NCBI GenBank assembly: GCA_963801165.1
Contig: CAWDDT010000011.1
Location: 288,001 to 352,000 of the forward strand
Source: an uncultured bacterium
Lineage (GTDB): Bacteria; Actinomycetota; Acidimicrobiia; Spongiisociales; UBA5794
DNA: 64,000 bases
Direction of reading: 5' to 3'
Below are positions 59,836-64,000 of the stretch, in pieces (positions within the stretch are counted from its first letter, which is position 1; each line of letters begins with the position of its first letter). A program made the position numbers and the translations under genes. A model generated the notes under the pieces. The model was not told where the DNA came from and made no database searches. It was given only the letters and a program-made list of their open reading frames with translations.

Positions 59836-62571
59836 GTGCAGAACAAACCCCTCGTTGTAAACGGTCTCAAGCAGGCCGTAATCGCCGATCCCGAACAGAC
59901 TCTTGTCGATGTGCTCCGGGAGCAACTCGGCCTGACCGGCACCAAAGTCTCGTGTGACACTGGTCACTGCGGTGCCTGCTCGGTCCTGATCGACGGCAAA
60001 CTCAAACTCTCGTGCATCACCAAGATGCGCCAGGTCCCGGTTGGGGCCGCCATCACCACGGTCGAGGGCATCGGAACGCCCGAGCAGATGCATCCGATCC
60101 AGGAGGCCATCGCTGCTTACGGCGGCGCCCAGTGCGGTTTCTGCACACCCGGATTCGTTGTCTCGGCGAAGGCCCTGCTCGACCATAACGCAGACCCCGG
60201 CCGCGAAGAGGTCCGCGAGTGGTTCAGCCGTCATCACAACGCGTGCCGCTGCACCGGCTACAAGCCGATCGTCGATGCGGTCATGGATGCTTCTCGTGCG
60301 ATGCGGGGCGAGGAAACAGCCAAGCCGCTCAAGTTCGAGCTGCCTGAAGACGGCCGGATTTGGGGCAGCGAGATCCCGCGCCCGACCGCGATCGCCAAGG
60401 TCACGGGCACGTTGGACTACGGCCAGGACCTCGGCCTCAAGATGCCGAAGGACACCCTCCAGCTCGCCCTGGTGCAGGCGAAGGTCTCCCACGCCAACAT
60501 CCTGTCGATCGACACCTCCGAAGCCGAGGCAATGCCGGGTGTCTACAAGGTGCTCACGCACAAGGACGTCCAGGGCAAGAACCGGATCACCGGTCTCATC
60601 ACCTTCCCGACCAACGAAGGCGACGGGTGGGATCGTCCGATCCTCTGTGAGGACAAGGTGTTCCAGTATGGCGACGCCATCGCCATTGTCGCTGCCGATA
60701 CCGAGGCAAATGCCCGGGCAGCGGCCGACATGGTGAAGGTCGAGCTCGAGGCGCTCCCGGCGTATATGAGCGCACCCGAGGCGATGGCGGACGATGCCAT
60801 CGAGATCCACCCTGGAACCCCGAACGTCTACTTCAAACAGCCCATCAAGAAGGGCGAAGATACCAGGCCGATCATGGACAGCGCGGCTTACGTGGTGGAA
60901 GACAGCTTCTACCTGCAGCGGCAGCCGCACCTGACCATCGAGAGCGATGTGGGCTTCGCCTACTTCGATGACGAGGACAGGTTGACGATCCACTCCAAGA
61001 GCATCGGGCTGTTCCTGCATCATGCGATGATCGCTCCGGGCCTCGGTGTCGAGCCCGAAAAGCTGCGTCTGGTCCAGAATCCGGCTGGTGGCACGTTCGG
61101 CTACAAGTTCTCCCCGACGATGGAAGCGCTGCTCGGTGTCGCCGCTCTGGCGACTGGCAAGCCGGTCTATCTCGAGTACGACTACGAGCAGTACATGACC
61201 TACACCGGGAAGCGGTCGCCGTTCTTCATCGACTTGAAGCTGGCCGCCGACGAGGATGGCAAGCTGCTCGCCATGGAGAGCGACTGGTCAGTCGACCATG
61301 GTCCTTACTCCGAGTTCGGCGATCTGTTGACCCTACGTGGTGCGCAGTACATGGGTGCCGGCTACAACATCCCGAACATCCGGGGCATTGGGCGCACAGT
61401 TGCTACCAACCATGCATGGGGTTCAGCGTTCCGCGCATACGGCTCGCCGCAGGCGTTCCTGGCCTCGGAGAGTCTGATGGACGAGCTGGCCGAGAAGATG
61501 GGCATCGACCCGCTCGAGCTTCGCTACCGGAACGTCTATCGCCCGGGCGACACGACTCCAACGGGTCAAGCCCCTGAGGTGTACACGTTCCCCGAGATGA
61601 TCGACAAGATGCGTCCCCTATACGAGGAGGCGCTCGCCAAGGCCAAGGCTGAATCGACACCCGAGGTCAAGAAGGGCGTCGGCGTATCGGTCGGCATCTA
61701 CGGATGTGGTCTCGACGGTGCCGATGGCGCTGCCGCCGACATCGAGCTGACCCCCGACGGGGTAGCAGTCTACGCCACCTGGCAGGATCACGGCCAGGGC
61801 GCCGACATGGGTGTGCTGGGCACGGCCCATGAGGCATTGCGACCGCTCGGGCTGCGTCCCGAGCAGATCGAGCTGAGGCTCAATGACACGGCAACGGCCC
61901 CCAACGGCGGTCCCGCCGGCGGTAGCCGGAGCCAGGTCATGATCGGCAACGCCATCAAGGACGGCTGCGAGAAGCTGGTCGAAGCGTTGCGCTTCAACGG
62001 CGGCTTCCGCTCCTACGACGAGATGGTGACAGCCGGTCTGCCGTTGAAGTACAACGGCGCCTGGACCGCGTCGATGAACAGCAACTGCGATGCCGAGACG
62101 GCACAGGGCGACCCGTTCGCCGTCTACATGTACGGCGTGTTCCTGGCCGAGGTTGCGGTCGAGATGGCGACCGGCAAGACCATTGTCGAGGGCATCACCG
62201 CCATTTCGGACATCGGCAAGATCAACAACAAGCTCGTTGTTGACGGCCAGATGTACGGCGGCATCGCCCAGGGCATCGGTCTGGCGCTGTCCGAGGACTT
62301 CGAGGACATCAAGGCGCACTCCACCATGCGTGGCGCCGGTATCCCGATGGCCAAGGACATCCCGGACAAGATCGATCTGTACTACATCGAGACCCCTCGT
62401 GAGCACGGACCGTTCGGAGCCGCAGGCGTTGGTGAGCTGCCGCTGACCTCGCCGCATGTGGCGATCGTGAACGCAATCAAGAACGCCACCGGCGTTCGGA
62501 TCACGCATCTGCCGGCACGGCCGGAGAAGGTGCTGGCCGGTATCAAGGCGCTCGAGGGTGTAACCGTCTGA
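59836..62571 (+). CDS. mop: Molybdopterin-dependent aldehyde oxidoreductase, single-chain Desulfovibrio Mop type
   Basis: GTKVSCDTGHCGACSV and QCGFCTPG..CRCTGY (two 2Fe-2S sites); KNRITGLITFPTN, GGTFGYKFSP, AFRAYGSPQ, GGSRSQV, GVGELPL; 911 aa, no FAD subunit; RBS GAGGAGG. Confidence 0.92.
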   Translation: MQNKPLVVNGLKQAVIADPEQTLVDVLREQLGLTGTKVSCDTGHCGACSVLIDGKLKLSCITKMRQVPVGAAITTVEGIGTPEQMHPIQEAIAAYGGAQCGFCTPGFVVSAKALLDHNADPGREEVREWFSRHHNACRCTGYKPIVDAVMDASRAMRGEETAKPLKFELPEDGRIWGSEIPRPTAIAKVTGTLDYGQDLGLKMPKDTLQLALVQAKVSHANILSIDTSEAEAMPGVYKVLTHKDVQGKNRITGLITFPTNEGDGWDRPILCEDKVFQYGDAIAIVAADTEANARAAADMVKVELEALPAYMSAPEAMADDAIEIHPGTPNVYFKQPIKKGEDTRPIMDSAAYVVEDSFYLQRQPHLTIESDVGFAYFDDEDRLTIHSKSIGLFLHHAMIAPGLGVEPEKLRLVQNPAGGTFGYKFSPTMEALLGVAALATGKPVYLEYDYEQYMTYTGKRSPFFIDLKLAADEDGKLLAMESDWSVDHGPYSEFGDLLTLRGAQYMGAGYNIPNIRGIGRTVATNHAWGSAFRAYGSPQAFLASESLMDELAEKMGIDPLELRYRNVYRPGDTTPTGQAPEVYTFPEMIDKMRPLYEEALAKAKAESTPEVKKGVGVSVGIYGCGLDGADGAAADIELTPDGVAVYATWQDHGQGADMGVLGTAHEALRPLGLRPEQIELRLNDTATAPNGGPAGGSRSQVMIGNAIKDGCEKLVEALRFNGGFRSYDEMVTAGLPLKYNGAWTASMNSNCDAETAQGDPFAVYMYGVFLAEVAVEMATGKTIVEGITAISDIGKINNKLVVDGQMYGGIAQGIGLALSEDFEDIKAHSTMRGAGIPMAKDIPDKIDLYYIETPREHGPFGAAGVGELPLTSPHVAIVNAIKNATGVRITHLPARPEKVLAGIKALEGVTV

Positions 62572-62593
62572 GCGACTAGATAGCGGGTGACCT

Positions 62594-62630
62594 GGGAGGG
62601 GCGGTGGCCGTAGCCACCGCCCCTCCCTTT
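62594..62630 (+). terminator. Intrinsic terminator
   Basis: GGGAGGGGCGGTGGC-CGTA-GCCACCGCCCCTCCC followed by TTT. Confidence 0.8.
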
Positions 62631-62743
62631 CCCTGGCCATGCGCGGGGACGTCGCCGCGACGTGTCGGTGCGATCAGAGCAGCCGGCCGTCCCCACCCTG
62701 CGGAGCGGCGCATATTTGTCCCGAGAATCTTCGGGAATCCACC

Positions 62744-63949
62744 TCAGCCGAGTTCTTCGATCTGCCCTTCGAGGAATCGCCGATCCCTGTTGTTCAGAGC
62801 GAGATCTGCGGCTCGCCGGTAGGCGGTACGCGCGGCATCGACACGGCCGAGGCGCCGCAACACCGAGCCGCGGGCCGCATGAAAGAACGGGTAGTTGTCG
62901 AGGTCTTCAGACAGTGGATCGAGGGCGGCCAAGGATGCAGCGGGCCCTTCCGACTCCGCTAGGGCAATGGCGCGGTTGAGAGCAACAATCGGTGTCGGCT
63001 GGAGGACGAGCAGATGATCGTAGAGCGCGATGATCTGCGTCCAGTCGGTTTCGTCGAATGTCCTGGCATCACAATGGACCGCCTGGATTGACGCTTGGAG
63101 TTGGTAGGGCCCTGGCTTGTTGCGGCGAACACATGCCCTGACGATGGCGTGCCCCTCGTCGATGAGAGATCGATCCCACTGCGATCGATCCTGGTCTCTC
63201 AGGACCACTACCGATCCGTCGCTCATACGTGCCGGCTGCCGAGCCTCGCCCAGCAGCATCAGCGCGACGAGACCTGCTGCCTCGGGTTCGTCTGGCATCA
63301 GCTGAACGATTGACCGCCCGAGCCGAAGAGCGTCGGCACGAAGGGAGGCCCGCTCCGGATCATCCGCCCCGGTGTTGTAGATGAGGTAAACCACCGAGAG
63401 GACCGAACGGAGACGATGCGGAAGCTCGCTAGCGGAAGGCACTCGATAGGGGATCTTGGCGGCCTTGATCTTGTACCTGGCGCGGACGAGCCGTTTCGCC
63501 ATCGCCGCCTCGCTCACCAGGAACGACCGGGCAATTTCGCCGACGCTGAGACCACCGAGGAGTCTGAGGGTGAGCGCCACCTGATGCTCGGTGCGCAACG
63601 CCGGATGGCAGCAAGTGAAGATGAGCCGGAGTTGGTCGTCTGCGACGACATCCGCATCGAGCACCTCTATGTCGGGAGGTGCCGGCTGTGTTCCCGCGGC
63701 ACCGAGTTGCTCGACGAGTTCTCGACCACGCCCTACCCGGCGGAGTTGATCGATGGCACGGTTTCGGGCGGTCGTGACCACCCAGCCGGCCGGGTTGGGC
63801 GGGATCCCGTTGGAGCGCCATCGGTCGGCGGCAACAACAAACGCATCCTGGACGGCATCTTCGGCGAGCGTGATGTCGCCGAAGATGCGAACGAGAGTCG
63901 CCACCGCCTGCCCGTAGGCGTCGCGGAAGACTCTCTCGACCTCATTCAT
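62744..63949 (-). CDS. ECF sigma factor with C-terminal TPR extension (ECF42/DUF6596 type)
   Basis: LAEDAVQDAF, PPNPAGW, DDQLRLIFTCCHPAL, VALTLRLLGGL, QDRSQWD, PGPYQLQA.I.A.H, LNRAIA. Confidence 0.9.
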   Translation of the reverse strand: MNEVERVFRDAYGQAVATLVRIFGDITLAEDAVQDAFVVAADRWRSNGIPPNPAGWVVTTARNRAIDQLRRVGRGRELVEQLGAAGTQPAPPDIEVLDADVVADDQLRLIFTCCHPALRTEHQVALTLRLLGGLSVGEIARSFLVSEAAMAKRLVRARYKIKAAKIPYRVPSASELPHRLRSVLSVVYLIYNTGADDPERASLRADALRLGRSIVQLMPDEPEAAGLVALMLLGEARQPARMSDGSVVVLRDQDRSQWDRSLIDEGHAIVRACVRRNKPGPYQLQASIQAVHCDARTFDETDWTQIIALYDHLLVLQPTPIVALNRAIALAESEGPAASLAALDPLSEDLDNYPFFHAARGSVLRRLGRVDAARTAYRRAADLALNNRDRRFLEGQIEELG

Positions 63950-64000
63950 AGTCGCGGATTCATCAGTCGCGGATTCACAGTCGCGGATTCACAGTCGCCC
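63950..64000. repeat. Tandem repeat AGTCGCGGATTCA(T)C x3.5 abutting the sigma factor start
   Basis: Units at 63950 (15 bp), 63965 (14 bp), 63979 (14 bp) and a partial unit at 63993. Confidence 0.85.

Noticed and set aside
669-63949. Numerous long antisense or alternate-frame ORFs (e.g. 2601-3914, 13551-14972, 19889-21520, 28277-29713, 33026-34378, 59779-61023)
   Set aside because: Shadow ORFs expected in high-GC DNA opposite well-supported genes; no recognisable motifs.

Overview
High-GC bacterial DNA, most consistent with an actinobacterium of the Acidimicrobiia type (mshA, an MshB/Mca-like deacetylase, an RsiG/AmfC homolog, an ECF42-type sigma factor and several SARP/BTAD regulators); the taxonomy is an inference. 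Left half: largely housekeeping and envelope genes (rsiG-like, asparaginase II, GNAT, mshA, Clp1-like kinase, hydrolases, acyl-CoA synthetase, a histidine kinase with an in-frame TGA, transporters, pgsB with a double-length pgsC). It also holds a DnaA-box cluster next to a candidate structured RNA and a 2.5-copy, ~202-bp palindromic repeat. Centre: a class II ribonucleotide reductase (nrdJ) with two LAGLIDADG inteins, preceded by NrdR and DnaA boxes. 36.1-53.1 kb: an island of giant wHTH-BTAD / degenerate cyclase / shortened kinase / STAND / TM / beta-propeller proteins and a BTAD-ATPase-TPR regulator. Two of these regulators face a secreted-protein gene, and three intergenic regions carry 11-bp-phased TTGAC repeats. 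53.2-62.6 kb: a Desulfovibrio-type aldehyde oxidoreductase (Mop) locus with an Fe-S flavoprotein, a small CxxC protein, a methyltransferase, a C-GCAxxG-C-C protein, a tetraether-synthase (Tes)-like radical SAM enzyme and a PaaK-like ligase. Several long genes carry single-base frameshifts that may be assembly errors. I recognised no rRNA, tRNA, CRISPR array or transposase. All family calls come from motif recognition by eye; no searches were run.
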